In this document: positions 47,631-56,777 of the stretch, one piece after another
Layout: every line of letters starts with the position of its first letter
Numbering within the stretch: the first letter of the stretch is position 1
Assembly: GCA_038202695.1 (NCBI GenBank)
Contig: JBBRET010000011.1
Location: 6,544-70,543, forward strand
Origin: Flavobacteriales bacterium
Lineage (GTDB): Bacteria; Bacteroidota; Bacteroidia; Flavobacteriales; Flavobacteriaceae
Direction of reading: 5' to 3'
DNA: 64,000 nucleotides
Program-made: the position numbers and the translations under genes
The notes under the pieces: model-generated
Seen by the model: only the letters and a program-made list of their open reading frames with translations
The model's database searches: none
Told to the model about the DNA's origin: nothing

Positions 47631-48305
47631 CTAATGAGCTAAATTTTTTGTAATCAAATAATATATGAAATAGTAGGGCGCTATTTCAAGTGCGCAAAGA
47701 TACAAAATAAAATAAAACAACTTGCCGACAAGTAAGTTTTGATAAATCTTTAAAGAAATAAGATAAGAAAACAAGTTTATTGCTAAAATCACACCAATAA
47801 CACAATAAATCAAAACATTTGATAGAGAATTGTTATAAAACAGGTAAATGTTAACGGGCAATAATAATATCCCGATAAAAGTTCGGTAACTGACTTTTTG
47901 TAAATTGAATTGTTCTGTAAATTCTTCGATGTTAAAAACAGCAGCAACAATCTTTTCAATCAGGAATTTTGAAAGTACAAAAACACCAAAAAAAGTAAAA
48001 ATGCGAAGAAAAACAATCCAATCTGTTTTGGATGCATACCCAAAATAATGAAGCAACAATTGTATAAAAAAGGAAAACGAAATGATCTGAACAATGAACA
48101 GCAAAATGGTAAAGCCACTCATTAAATGAGAGGTGTCTTTGTATACTTTGATGTATTTATCTGAAACTAAAATCCGAAGAAAATCACTAAAACGTCCTTC
48201 AAAAGCAGTCTTTGTGATGGCAATTAGAACAAAAGAGAATACAAATAGATAAGTAGCCCAATCCCTAGGTTCTAAAATTCGTGGCTGTAAAATAATTTCT
48301 ATCAT
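47631..48305 (-). CDS. DUF4271 membrane protein
   Basis: C-terminal YFILYLCALEIAP motif. Confidence 0.85.
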   Translation of the reverse strand: MIEIILQPRILEPRDWATYLFVFSFVLIAITKTAFEGRFSDFLRILVSDKYIKVYKDTSHLMSGFTILLFIVQIISFSFFIQLLLHYFGYASKTDWIVFLRIFTFFGVFVLSKFLIEKIVAAVFNIEEFTEQFNLQKVSYRTFIGILLLPVNIYLFYNNSLSNVLIYCVIGVILAINLFSYLISLKIYQNLLVGKLFYFILYLCALEIAPYYFIYYLITKNLAH

Positions 48306-48411
48306 AATCGAGGCAAAAGTACTATTTTTAATTGTTAAAATATTAGAGAATTATTAAGATACTGCTCTGATAAAAAAGTTTATTTTTGCAACAAAGTTTG
48401 ACGACGCTTAT

Positions 48412-49137
48412 ATGAATGACGGCATTGTAATTATTCCAACCTATAACGAAATTGAAAACATTGAAAGTATCATTCGTGCGGTATTCTCTTTACATAAATC
48501 TTTCCATGTTCTTGTAGTTGATGATAATTCTCCTGACAAAACAGCTGAAAAGGTACTAGAGTTGCAAAAGGAATTTTCAGATAAATTGTTTTTATCTGTC
48601 CGAAAAAAGAAATCGGGATTAGGAACTGCCTATGTGCACGGATTCAAATGGGCATTGGAGCATAATTATCAGTACATTTTTGAAATGGATGCCGATTTCT
48701 CCCACAATCCAACCGATTTGGAAAAATTATACGAAGCCTGTCATTTCAATGGCGCTGATATGGCCATTGGTTCGCGATATGTTACTGGTGTAAATGTGGT
48801 GAATTGGCCTTTGAGTCGGGTGTTGTTATCCTATTTTGCCTCTGTTTATGTTCGAACAATTACCGGAATGAAAATCATGGATGCCACTGCAGGATTCATT
48901 TGTTATCGTAGAGATGTTTTAGAAAAAATAAATTTAGACCAAATAAAATTTATAGGCTATGCCTTTCAGATTGAAATGAAGTATAGGGCTTTTGCCAAAA
49001 AATTTATTATCCAAGAAGTGCCTGTCATCTTCACCGACCGAACTAAAGGACAGTCTAAAATGAGTGGCTCTATCATTAAAGAAGCTATTTTTGGAGTGAT
49101 TACCTTGAGATTTAGGAAGTTTTTTAACCAATTATAA
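48412..49137 (+). CDS. Polyprenol monophosphomannose synthase (GT2)
   Basis: IIPTYNE, DDNSPD, GLGTAY, EMDADFSH. Confidence 0.9.
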   Translation: MNDGIVIIPTYNEIENIESIIRAVFSLHKSFHVLVVDDNSPDKTAEKVLELQKEFSDKLFLSVRKKKSGLGTAYVHGFKWALEHNYQYIFEMDADFSHNPTDLEKLYEACHFNGADMAIGSRYVTGVNVVNWPLSRVLLSYFASVYVRTITGMKIMDATAGFICYRRDVLEKINLDQIKFIGYAFQIEMKYRAFAKKFIIQEVPVIFTDRTKGQSKMSGSIIKEAIFGVITLRFRKFFNQL

Positions 49138-49145
49138 TTGTAAAA

Positions 49146-50486
49146 ATGAATACCTTTTTAATTAAAAATGCCAAGATTGTAAACGAAGGAACTATTTTTG
49201 AAGGCGACGTTTTGATTGAGAATGAATTTATTACTGAAATCGCTGAAAGCATCAGTCCGAAATCATCTAGCACTAAAATTATTGATGCTGAAGGAAATTA
49301 TCTTATTCCGGGTGCTATCGATGATCAAGTACATTTTCGTGAACCTGGATTGACACACAAAGGCGATATCGCTTCAGAGAGCGCTGCAGCTGTTGCAGGC
49401 GGAATTACTTCGTTTATAGAACAACCCAATACGGTTCCAAATGCTATAACTCAGGAGATTTTAGAAGAAAAATATCAAATTGCGGCCCATACATCGCATG
49501 CGAATTATTCCTTTATGATGGGCGGCACAAATGATAATTTAGAAGAAATATTAAAAACAAATCCAAAAAATGTAGCTGGATTAAAGCTGTTTTTAGGGTC
49601 GTCAACGGGTGATATGTTGGTTGACAGTTCAGATTCTTTAGAGAAAATATTTTCTAATACAAAACTTTTAATTGCAGTTCATAGCGAAGATGAGAACACA
49701 GTTAAATCGAATCTTGAAAAATATAAATTGGCCTATGGTGAGGATATTCCAGTTGAGTTTCACCCGCTAATACGAAGTGTTGAGGCTTGTTATAAATCAA
49801 CCGAGAGAATAGTTAAACTAGCCATTAGAACAGGTGCAAGATTGCATGTTTTCCATCTTTCTACGGCAAAAGAGCTTGAATTTTTTACAAATAAAATTCC
49901 GCTTGAAGAAAAGCAAATCACTGCTGAAGTTTGTATTCACCATCTTTGGTTTTCAGATGAGGATTATAAGACCAAAGGCAACTTAATAAAATGGAACCCA
50001 GCGGTAAAAACGGCAGAGGATAGAAAAGCGTTGTGGGAAGCATTGCTTGATGATAGAATTGATGTAATTGCAACCGATCATGCTCCACATACTTTAGAAG
50101 AAAAAAACCAAACCTACTTAAAAGCACCTTCAGGCGGACCATTAGTGCAACACGCAGTTATTGCTATGTTTGAATCACACCATCAGGGTAAAATTTCGGT
50201 TGAGAAAATAGTGGAAAAGATGTGCCACAATCCCGCTAAAATTTTTAAGATCGAAAAGCGAGGTTTTATCAAGGTAGGATTTTATGCCGACTTAGCTATT
50301 GTAAACCCTAGTTTGCCTTGGAGTGTTAAGAAAGAGAATATTTTGGCAAAATGTGGCTGGTCGCCATTTGAAGGCTTTACTTTTAAATCAAGAATTACGC
50401 ATACCTTTGTTAATGGATCATTAGTGTATCAAAATTTTAAAGTTAAAGACTTACGTGTTGGAATGCGTTTGCTTTTTGACCGATAG
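49146..50486 (+). CDS. pyrC: Dihydroorotase
   Basis: DDQVHFREPG, KWNPAVK, ATDHAPH. Confidence 0.9.
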   Translation: MNTFLIKNAKIVNEGTIFEGDVLIENEFITEIAESISPKSSSTKIIDAEGNYLIPGAIDDQVHFREPGLTHKGDIASESAAAVAGGITSFIEQPNTVPNAITQEILEEKYQIAAHTSHANYSFMMGGTNDNLEEILKTNPKNVAGLKLFLGSSTGDMLVDSSDSLEKIFSNTKLLIAVHSEDENTVKSNLEKYKLAYGEDIPVEFHPLIRSVEACYKSTERIVKLAIRTGARLHVFHLSTAKELEFFTNKIPLEEKQITAEVCIHHLWFSDEDYKTKGNLIKWNPAVKTAEDRKALWEALLDDRIDVIATDHAPHTLEEKNQTYLKAPSGGPLVQHAVIAMFESHHQGKISVEKIVEKMCHNPAKIFKIEKRGFIKVGFYADLAIVNPSLPWSVKKENILAKCGWSPFEGFTFKSRITHTFVNGSLVYQNFKVKDLRVGMRLLFDR

Positions 50487-50529
50487 AAAATTGGAGATTT
50501 ACAATTTCCTATTTAAATAACTGAAACGT

Positions 50530-50940
50530 ATGAGTAAAAAAATTATAGTGCTTATTTGTTGTATTTTTTCGGCAATAGGTTGCAATAACCGCCCGGTTGA
50601 AAAACCGAAAAACTTGATTCCGCAAAATAAAATGGTCGATATTTTATATGATATCTCATTAATAGAGGCCATCAAGACCCAAAATATACAAGGTGGATTT
50701 AATAGCAAAACCGCTAACGATTACATTTATAAAAAATATAAAATTGATAGCCTTCAACTAGTAAAAAGCAACAAATTTTATATTTCCGATGTAGAGTTGT
50801 ACAAAAAAATGTTTGAAGAAGTTAAAGAACGATTGGCAAAAGAAACTAAAAAATTAGATGCAGCAATGAAGAAAAAAGGGCAACAAGTTCAGCCAAAAAC
50901 AACCTCGCCCACAAATCCTGATACACCACAAGTGCAGTAA
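50530..50940 (+). CDS. DUF4296 lipoprotein
   Basis: Lipobox AIGC; KMVDILYD...KYKIDS...YxxMF pattern. Confidence 0.8.
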   Translation: MSKKIIVLICCIFSAIGCNNRPVEKPKNLIPQNKMVDILYDISLIEAIKTQNIQGGFNSKTANDYIYKKYKIDSLQLVKSNKFYISDVELYKKMFEEVKERLAKETKKLDAAMKKKGQQVQPKTTSPTNPDTPQVQ

Positions 50941-51936
50941 TTAGTACAGTGAAAGGGTTAGTTCTTTAGTCACACTATCCATGCTTTGAAACTCAAAATT
51001 CAGAGCATTTTTTATTTTACTATTATTGTAATTATCTTTTGAATGTAGGGATGTTGCAGCCTGTTTAGACAGTGTTCGTTTAGTTCCAATAAAAGTATTC
51101 AAAAACCAATCTATCTTCCACAAAATAGCAGTAGCCCATGGTTTTACATAAATATGTGGGACCGCTTTTTTTAAACTTTTAGCAATTAGTGAAAGTATAC
51201 TTAAATAGCTTCTGTTTTCAGAAACTAGGCAAAAACGTTCGCCAAAAACCTCACTTTCCATTAGTCGAATCATACTGGTTACCACATCGGTTACACCAAC
51301 ATAGCCCGTGGTGCCGAGTGTGTAAAATTTCAATCCGTTTTTGACTTTAGTAAAAATAGCACCGCTTCCTCCTGTCCAAATAGTCGAACCTAGAATCACA
51401 CCTGGATTTACGATAACTACATTTAAGCCTTCTTGCTGTCCGCGCCAAACCTCTATTTCGGCTCCGTATTTTGAAATTGCATAATCACTATGGTATACTT
51501 CAGGATTCCATTCCGCTGACTCGTCAATTGGAGTTTCGGTTGATAGCACATCGCCTAATGCGGCAGTTGAACTTACATGACAAAGTTTTTTTATTTTGTA
51601 ATTCAGACAAAAATTAACAATATTGGCAGTGCCTTCAATGTTCATTTTTCGGAGTTTTTCTTCATCATTTGGGTCAAATGAGATAAGTCCGGCACAATGA
51701 TACACAGTGTCCACATTTTGAAAAGCAATTTCTAAAGTTGGAATATCAATAATGTCGGCTTTAACCCATTCGATATGGGAAAACAGCGCTTCTTTCTGAT
51801 GAAGTTTAAAAAGGGATTTGGTTTTTTCTACGGAATGTGAATTCCGATAAATAGCGCGAACGGCAGTTTTATTTTCTGCCAAATGCAGTAACAAATGCGC
51901 TCCAACCAAACCTGTTCCGCCGGTGACTAGTATCAT
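50941..51936 (-). CDS. NAD-dependent epimerase/dehydratase
   Basis: VTGGTGLVG, YAISK (YxxxK), VNPGVILG. Confidence 0.9.
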   Translation of the reverse strand: MILVTGGTGLVGAHLLLHLAENKTAVRAIYRNSHSVEKTKSLFKLHQKEALFSHIEWVKADIIDIPTLEIAFQNVDTVYHCAGLISFDPNDEEKLRKMNIEGTANIVNFCLNYKIKKLCHVSSTAALGDVLSTETPIDESAEWNPEVYHSDYAISKYGAEIEVWRGQQEGLNVVIVNPGVILGSTIWTGGSGAIFTKVKNGLKFYTLGTTGYVGVTDVVTSMIRLMESEVFGERFCLVSENRSYLSILSLIAKSLKKAVPHIYVKPWATAILWKIDWFLNTFIGTKRTLSKQAATSLHSKDNYNNSKIKNALNFEFQSMDSVTKELTLSLY

Positions 51937-52008
51937 GTGGCAAATTTACGAAATACCAACTAGGATTTATAACTTTTTTAAGTTTAGAAATTAGCCAAAA
52001 GTTTTTTA

Positions 52009-52089
52009 ACTAGCCCTGATGGCAGCGGCACGATAGTAAAGCGGACAGCAGGAAAACGGATTCCTGATAAATCACTAGCCATTCGCTTC
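52009..52089 (-). ncRNA. Structured intergenic repeat, Flavo-1-like, copy 4
   Basis: Minus strand reads GAAGCGAAT...TTCCTGCTGTCCGCTTTACTATCGTGCCGCTGCCATCAGGGCTAG; closest to copy 3. Confidence 0.5.
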
Positions 52090-52134
52090 AAAAAACTCTT
52101 CTGAATTGTTATATTTGCGCCAAATTGATTAAAC

Positions 52135-53433
52135 ATGAAAAATCTTGTAGCAGAATTAAAATGGCGTGGATTGTACCATGACAGCATGCCTGGAACCGAA
52201 GAGCAATTGTTGAAGGAAGCCACGACGGCCTATATTGGTTTTGATCCTACGGCAGATTCGTTGCATATAGGGAGTATGGTACAGATTATTTTACTACTTC
52301 ATTTAAAAAACTTTGGACATAAGCCCATTGCCTTGGTAGGTGGTGCTACTGGTATGATTGGTGATCCTTCTGGAAAATCAGACGAGCGTAATTTGTTGAA
52401 TGAGGAACAGTTGGCTAAGAATGTAGCTGGAATCAAAAGTGTTCTGTCTCGTTTTTTAGATTTTAATTCGACTGAAGCCAATGCGCCACTAATGGTCAAC
52501 AATTACGATTGGATGAAGTCATTTTCGTTTATTGATTTTGCACGTGAAGTTGGAAAAAGAATTACCGTAAACTATATGATGGCAAAAGATTCTGTCAAGA
52601 AACGATTGTCAGGTGAGGCTGGTGATGGAATGTCGTTTACTGAATTTACATACCAATTGATACAAGGTTACGATTTTTATCACTTGCACAAACACTACAA
52701 TTGTGTGTTGCAAATGGGCGGTTCAGACCAATGGGGAAATATTACGACGGGAACAGAATTGGTGCGCCGAATGAATCCAAATACTGAAGCGAAAGCATTT
52801 GCTTTAACAACACCTTTGATTACAAAAGCAGACGGTTCTAAATTCGGAAAATCTGAAGGTGGTAATATTTGGCTTGACGCCGATAAAACTTCGGTATATA
52901 AATTTTACCAGTTTTGGTTAGGGACAAAAGATGTTGATGCTGAAAAGTATATTAAGATTTTTACTTTTTTAAATAAAGAAGTAATTGATAATTTGATAGC
53001 GGAACATAATGAAGCGCCACATTTATGGATGTTGCAAAAACGTTTGGCAGAAGAAGTGACGACAATGGTTCATGGGAAAGAAGCTTTAGAGAAAGCTATT
53101 TTTGCATCGAGTGCGAAATTTAGCCCAACAATGGATGAAATGAAACAGCTTGATGATGAAACTTTTTTCGATATTTTTGATGATAAAGACAGAGCTGAAG
53201 TTTCAAGAAGCGACATAGAAATCGGAATTAATATTGTTGATGTGCTGAACGAAAAAACAGGATTTCTAAAATCAAATGGTGAAGCAAGACGTGCTTTGAC
53301 AGCCAATTCGATTTCGGTAAATAAAGAAAAAGTCACTGAAGAATTTCTATTGACTACAAAAGATTTAATAAACAAACAGTTTGTTTTATTGCAAAGCGGA
53401 AAGAAGAATTATTTTGTAATCAGGGTTAAATAA
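52135..53433 (+). CDS. tyrS: Tyrosine--tRNA ligase
   Basis: YIGFDPTADSLHIGS, GGSDQWGN, KFGKS, S4-like C-terminus; TATATTTG at 52110. Confidence 0.98.
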   Translation: MKNLVAELKWRGLYHDSMPGTEEQLLKEATTAYIGFDPTADSLHIGSMVQIILLLHLKNFGHKPIALVGGATGMIGDPSGKSDERNLLNEEQLAKNVAGIKSVLSRFLDFNSTEANAPLMVNNYDWMKSFSFIDFAREVGKRITVNYMMAKDSVKKRLSGEAGDGMSFTEFTYQLIQGYDFYHLHKHYNCVLQMGGSDQWGNITTGTELVRRMNPNTEAKAFALTTPLITKADGSKFGKSEGGNIWLDADKTSVYKFYQFWLGTKDVDAEKYIKIFTFLNKEVIDNLIAEHNEAPHLWMLQKRLAEEVTTMVHGKEALEKAIFASSAKFSPTMDEMKQLDDETFFDIFDDKDRAEVSRSDIEIGINIVDVLNEKTGFLKSNGEARRALTANSISVNKEKVTEEFLLTTKDLINKQFVLLQSGKKNYFVIRVK

Positions 53434-54406
53434 CCATTAAATTGCAACCACGAATATCCGAATTATCAAAACGACCCAATACTTCGAAAGAATTGTTGGG
53501 TTGTTTTTTGCCCAAATCTTGTGTAGCAATAAACGAGCACGAATTGATATTGGCCAAATCAATCACATTAATTCCACCTGTTTTTCCATAATCGACGTAA
53601 GTAAGCGCATCTTCAGTGTCTCGTGTTAGGATTTGCATCCAGACCGGACATTCAAAAATTCCGTTGCCCAGAGAATAGGCTTGCGATAACAATTCAGTCA
53701 TTCCGTACTCAGAATGTATGCTTTGTACGCCAAAACCAGTACACAAACGAGCATGTAATTCTTCCCGTATCATTTCCTTTCGTTTGCCTTTCATCCCACC
53801 AGTTTCCATGATGATGGTGTTTTTGAGTTGAAAATTTTGTTTTTCCACCAAATCCAATAAAGCGTAGGTAACACCAATAAGGATTATGTTTTGTCCGGCG
53901 TTATCAAGTTCAACTAGCTTACTAATTAACTCATCGTAATTGTGTAAATAAAAACCGCTGTCAACGTTATTGGAAAGTTCTATTAAATCTTTAACCATAT
54001 AAATCAATGAAGAGCCTGAACGTTCTAAATATGACGGAAGCAACGCCAGGACAGCATAATCTTCAATGTTTCCATAAAACTCAGAAAAAGCATTTCGGTA
54101 ACTTTGTTCATATAATGAAACATCGGTAACCAAGTGTTTACTGGTAATCATTCCGGTTGTTCCGCTGCTGGTGAAAGTTTCCTGAATAGTATCCGAGTTG
54201 GAAACCACATTGTGGCTTTTAAAAAATTGAATGGGTAGAAACGGAATTTGCTCCAAAGACTTTACAGTCTGTTTATCCACTTTTAAAAAATCGCAAAATT
54301 CTCTATAAACTAAATTGTTTTCGTGTTGAAAACGGAAAACTTTAAGCGCCATTTTTTCAAATTGCTTTTGAGAGGCGATAGTAAATATGTCTTGTGGTTT
54401 TATCAA
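53426..54406 (-). CDS. LuxE-family acyl-protein synthetase / acyltransferase
   Basis: FTSSGTTG, HSEYGMTEL, TQDLG, C-terminal RGCN. Confidence 0.85.
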   Translation of the reverse strand: MIKPQDIFTIASQKQFEKMALKVFRFQHENNLVYREFCDFLKVDKQTVKSLEQIPFLPIQFFKSHNVVSNSDTIQETFTSSGTTGMITSKHLVTDVSLYEQSYRNAFSEFYGNIEDYAVLALLPSYLERSGSSLIYMVKDLIELSNNVDSGFYLHNYDELISKLVELDNAGQNIILIGVTYALLDLVEKQNFQLKNTIIMETGGMKGKRKEMIREELHARLCTGFGVQSIHSEYGMTELLSQAYSLGNGIFECPVWMQILTRDTEDALTYVDYGKTGGINVIDLANINSCSFIATQDLGKKQPNNSFEVLGRFDNSDIRGCNLMVI

Positions 54407-54413
54407 TTTGTAT

Positions 54414-54439
54414 GAGTTTTGAAACGAGTTCAGAATGAC
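54414..54439 (-). repeat. REP-like palindrome, copy 5
   Basis: Minus strand reads GTCATTCTGAACTCGTTTCAAAACTC. Confidence 0.55.
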
Positions 54440-54457
54440 GCAAAAGTAATGAAAATA

Positions 54458-54487
54458 AAAAAGCTCTAACTTTCGTCAGAGCTTTTT
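54458..54487 (-). terminator. Rho-independent terminator
   Basis: AAAAAGCTCTGAC-GAAA-GTTAGAGCTTTTT on the minus strand. Confidence 0.8.
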
Positions 54488-54506
54488 GAGATTATTTAAA
54501 AATTAA

Positions 54507-56243
54507 TTATCTAATAACCAATTTTCTCGAAGCAGTTTTTCCATCTTCTGTAATGTTTACAATGTAAACACCAGCGTGTAAACCAGCAACATTGACTGCA
54601 TTGTCAGCAGTAGTTGTGTTTAAAACTTTTTTGCCTAAAACGTCATAAACAGTAATTGTTTTTTCAGCATTGGCTGCAGTTTCGATAAATAACGTTCCGT
54701 TAGAAACTGGATTTGGATACATTTTTAGACCAGTGATTGCATTGTTTTGGCTCACTCCTAATAAACCAGCGATTGTAGTTGTGATTTTTAATTCATCAAC
54801 AGTAATTGTTGGAGTAGTTGTTGCAGTATCTTGTCTTAACAAAAATCCTCCTAATGTAGTAATAGCAGTTGTTGGAGCATCTGTTAAATCAGCAGGTGTC
54901 GCAAATGTAAATGAAGCAAGAGTTGGGTTAAACCAAGCGCTTAATGTATTTCCAGTAAAGTCATACCCTAAAACAACACAAACTACATCACCAACATTGA
55001 ATAATGTTGCAGCATAATTAGTTGTAGTAGTTCCTGAAGTTAATCCAAGTTGGTATTGAGTTCCTACTTTTTGGATGAATAATCTAGCTTTGAAGTTATT
55101 AAAAACACCATCAGTTAAAACTGCAAAATAAGTTTGCGTTCCATCAACAGTCACGTTTGCATAATCAGTTACATTAATCAAGAATCTTGCATATAATCCA
55201 CCTTCTGCACTTGTAGTTGCAGTAAAAGGGGTGTGACATTCAATACCAGTTCCAGAAAAAGAAACTGAATTTCCTGACGAAGAAATTCCCGTATAGTTTA
55301 AGCTTCCTGCGACAGTAAGAATATTATCTCCTGTATTACCATTAGACCAAGTTTGTAAACTTCCTAATGAAGTTCCATTTGCATAAGGGAAACTTTCATT
55401 GTAAGGTAATGCATTAACGGGTTTACAATCTACAGCGTTTACAGCATTAGCAGTGTAAGAACAAGCGCCTTTTGTTATGCTCAAAGTAAAACCTGTACCT
55501 TCCGTAACTCCACTAACAACAATGTTACCTGCAGCAGTAGTAGCAGGGTTATCGCCGCCAACAGTTCCTGATGAAGGAGAAAATGTATAAGCACCAGCAG
55601 TACCGCCAGTGTAAGGAATAGTAACCGAGTAAGTGTCTAAACCAAAAGTAACAGCGTCGCAAGCGGTTGTTGGATTTCCCAAGACTAAATTACATGATGG
55701 GTCAAAATTGAATACTCTAACGTCGTCAATTCTCAATTGAGCTGCAGTAGCTGGTTGTGTAAAACGTAGTGATAAAGAGGTTGTAGAAGGAATTGCAGCA
55801 CTTGCAGTTGTAATTAACTGCCATCCTGCAACACTAGTATAGGTAATAGGAGTCCAGTTTGTAGCATCTGTACTAAATTCTACTATAGGTTGAACAGTTG
55901 CTGTCGCATTTAATCCAAAAGACAATCTTAAGTTAGTTGCAGCAAAAGCAGAGGTATTTATACCATCTATTTGAAAAAACCTTCCAGCAGTATTCGTAAT
56001 AAATACATTTCCACCACCTGAAGCTCCAGAATAACCGCTAGATGCTCCAGTAGTTCTTACGTCAGCAGTTCCTGAATAAGCAATTGGAGAGGAGTTTTGG
56101 AATGTTGCTGGAGCAGTACCAGTAATATACGCTGGGATTAGAGTTGTTCCTGTTGGAACACCCATGTTTTCAGAGTAGATAGTTTGTGCAAAAGACGAAT
56201 AACTAACTACTAATAGAAATAATAAAGAGTAAATTTTTTTCAT
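54507..56243 (-). CDS. T9SS type A-sorted secreted protein with beta-sandwich domains
   Basis: Signal peptide from ATG 56243 (SFA-Q); Thr/Gly-rich beta domains; CTD MYPNPVSNG...VYDVLGK...GVYIV...KLVIR. Confidence 0.88.
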   Translation of the reverse strand: MKKIYSLLFLLVVSYSSFAQTIYSENMGVPTGTTLIPAYITGTAPATFQNSSPIAYSGTADVRTTGASSGYSGASGGGNVFITNTAGRFFQIDGINTSAFAATNLRLSFGLNATATVQPIVEFSTDATNWTPITYTSVAGWQLITTASAAIPSTTSLSLRFTQPATAAQLRIDDVRVFNFDPSCNLVLGNPTTACDAVTFGLDTYSVTIPYTGGTAGAYTFSPSSGTVGGDNPATTAAGNIVVSGVTEGTGFTLSITKGACSYTANAVNAVDCKPVNALPYNESFPYANGTSLGSLQTWSNGNTGDNILTVAGSLNYTGISSSGNSVSFSGTGIECHTPFTATTSAEGGLYARFLINVTDYANVTVDGTQTYFAVLTDGVFNNFKARLFIQKVGTQYQLGLTSGTTTTNYAATLFNVGDVVCVVLGYDFTGNTLSAWFNPTLASFTFATPADLTDAPTTAITTLGGFLLRQDTATTTPTITVDELKITTTIAGLLGVSQNNAITGLKMYPNPVSNGTLFIETAANAEKTITVYDVLGKKVLNTTTADNAVNVAGLHAGVYIVNITEDGKTASRKLVIR

Positions 56244-56347
56244 TTTTTTAAATTTATTTAGCCTACAAATATAAGTACAAATTTCATTTGTGGAAAATAA
56301 AGACTGTAAAAAAATGATTAATTTAAAGTTAAAAAACAAAAAATCAA

Positions 56348-56659
56348 CTATCTGACAATTAGTTTTCTAGTGGCTGTAGTATCGCCTTCGGTAATTTTAA
56401 TAATATAAACTCCTGGTGGAATGGAGGCAATATTTAATTCTCTTGAAGAAATGGTTGTTTGCAATACTTTTTTCCCCAAAACATCAAAAATTAAAACTTC
56501 TTTGTCTAAGCTGGTTTTTGAAGTGATGTAAATTTTACCATTACTGACTGGGTTAGGATAGAATCCTAAAGACTCGCCTTGTGGTCTTCCTTCTTGGGCT
56601 AGGCCTAAGAAAGAAAAAGCAAGAAAAAATAGAATAATATGAAAGTAGTTTTTACGCAT
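56348..56659 (-). CDS. Small T9SS cargo consisting almost only of a CTD
   Basis: Signal peptide from ATG 56659 (GLA-Q), about 10 residues, then FYPNPVSNG...FDVLGK...GVYII...KLIVR. Confidence 0.8.
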   Translation of the reverse strand: MRKNYFHIILFFLAFSFLGLAQEGRPQGESLGFYPNPVSNGKIYITSKTSLDKEVLIFDVLGKKVLQTTISSRELNIASIPPGVYIIKITEGDTTATRKLIVR

Positions 56660-56718
56660 CTTAACAATTTGGTTGTTACAAATATACACAAATTTATATT
56701 TCAAATACTGTACCAAAA

Positions 56719-56753
56719 AAAATATCCCAAAAAAATTAATTTTGGGATATTTT
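56719..56753 (-). terminator. Terminator after the lipoprotein gene
   Basis: AAAATATCCCAAAA...TTTTGGGATATTTT inverted repeat. Confidence 0.7.
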
Positions 56754-56777
56754 ATATTTTTATACTAATCCAATTAT

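Noticed and set aside
52009-52134. T-box or attenuator upstream of tyrS
   Set aside because: The structured element is on the opposite strand, lies upstream of the tyrS -7 element, and belongs to the dispersed repeat family; no T-box sequence was seen.
53090-53200. TyrS segment (ASSAKFSPTMDE...DDKDRAE) looks divergent from what I recall of relatives
   Set aside because: The frame is intact, there is no repeat signature, and the comparison is from memory only; an alignment is needed.
54507-56659. Including the two T9SS genes in the PhoBR-like regulon
   Set aside because: They follow a terminator, have consensus TAnnTTTG promoters, and lack RTTA units at the 29-bp position.
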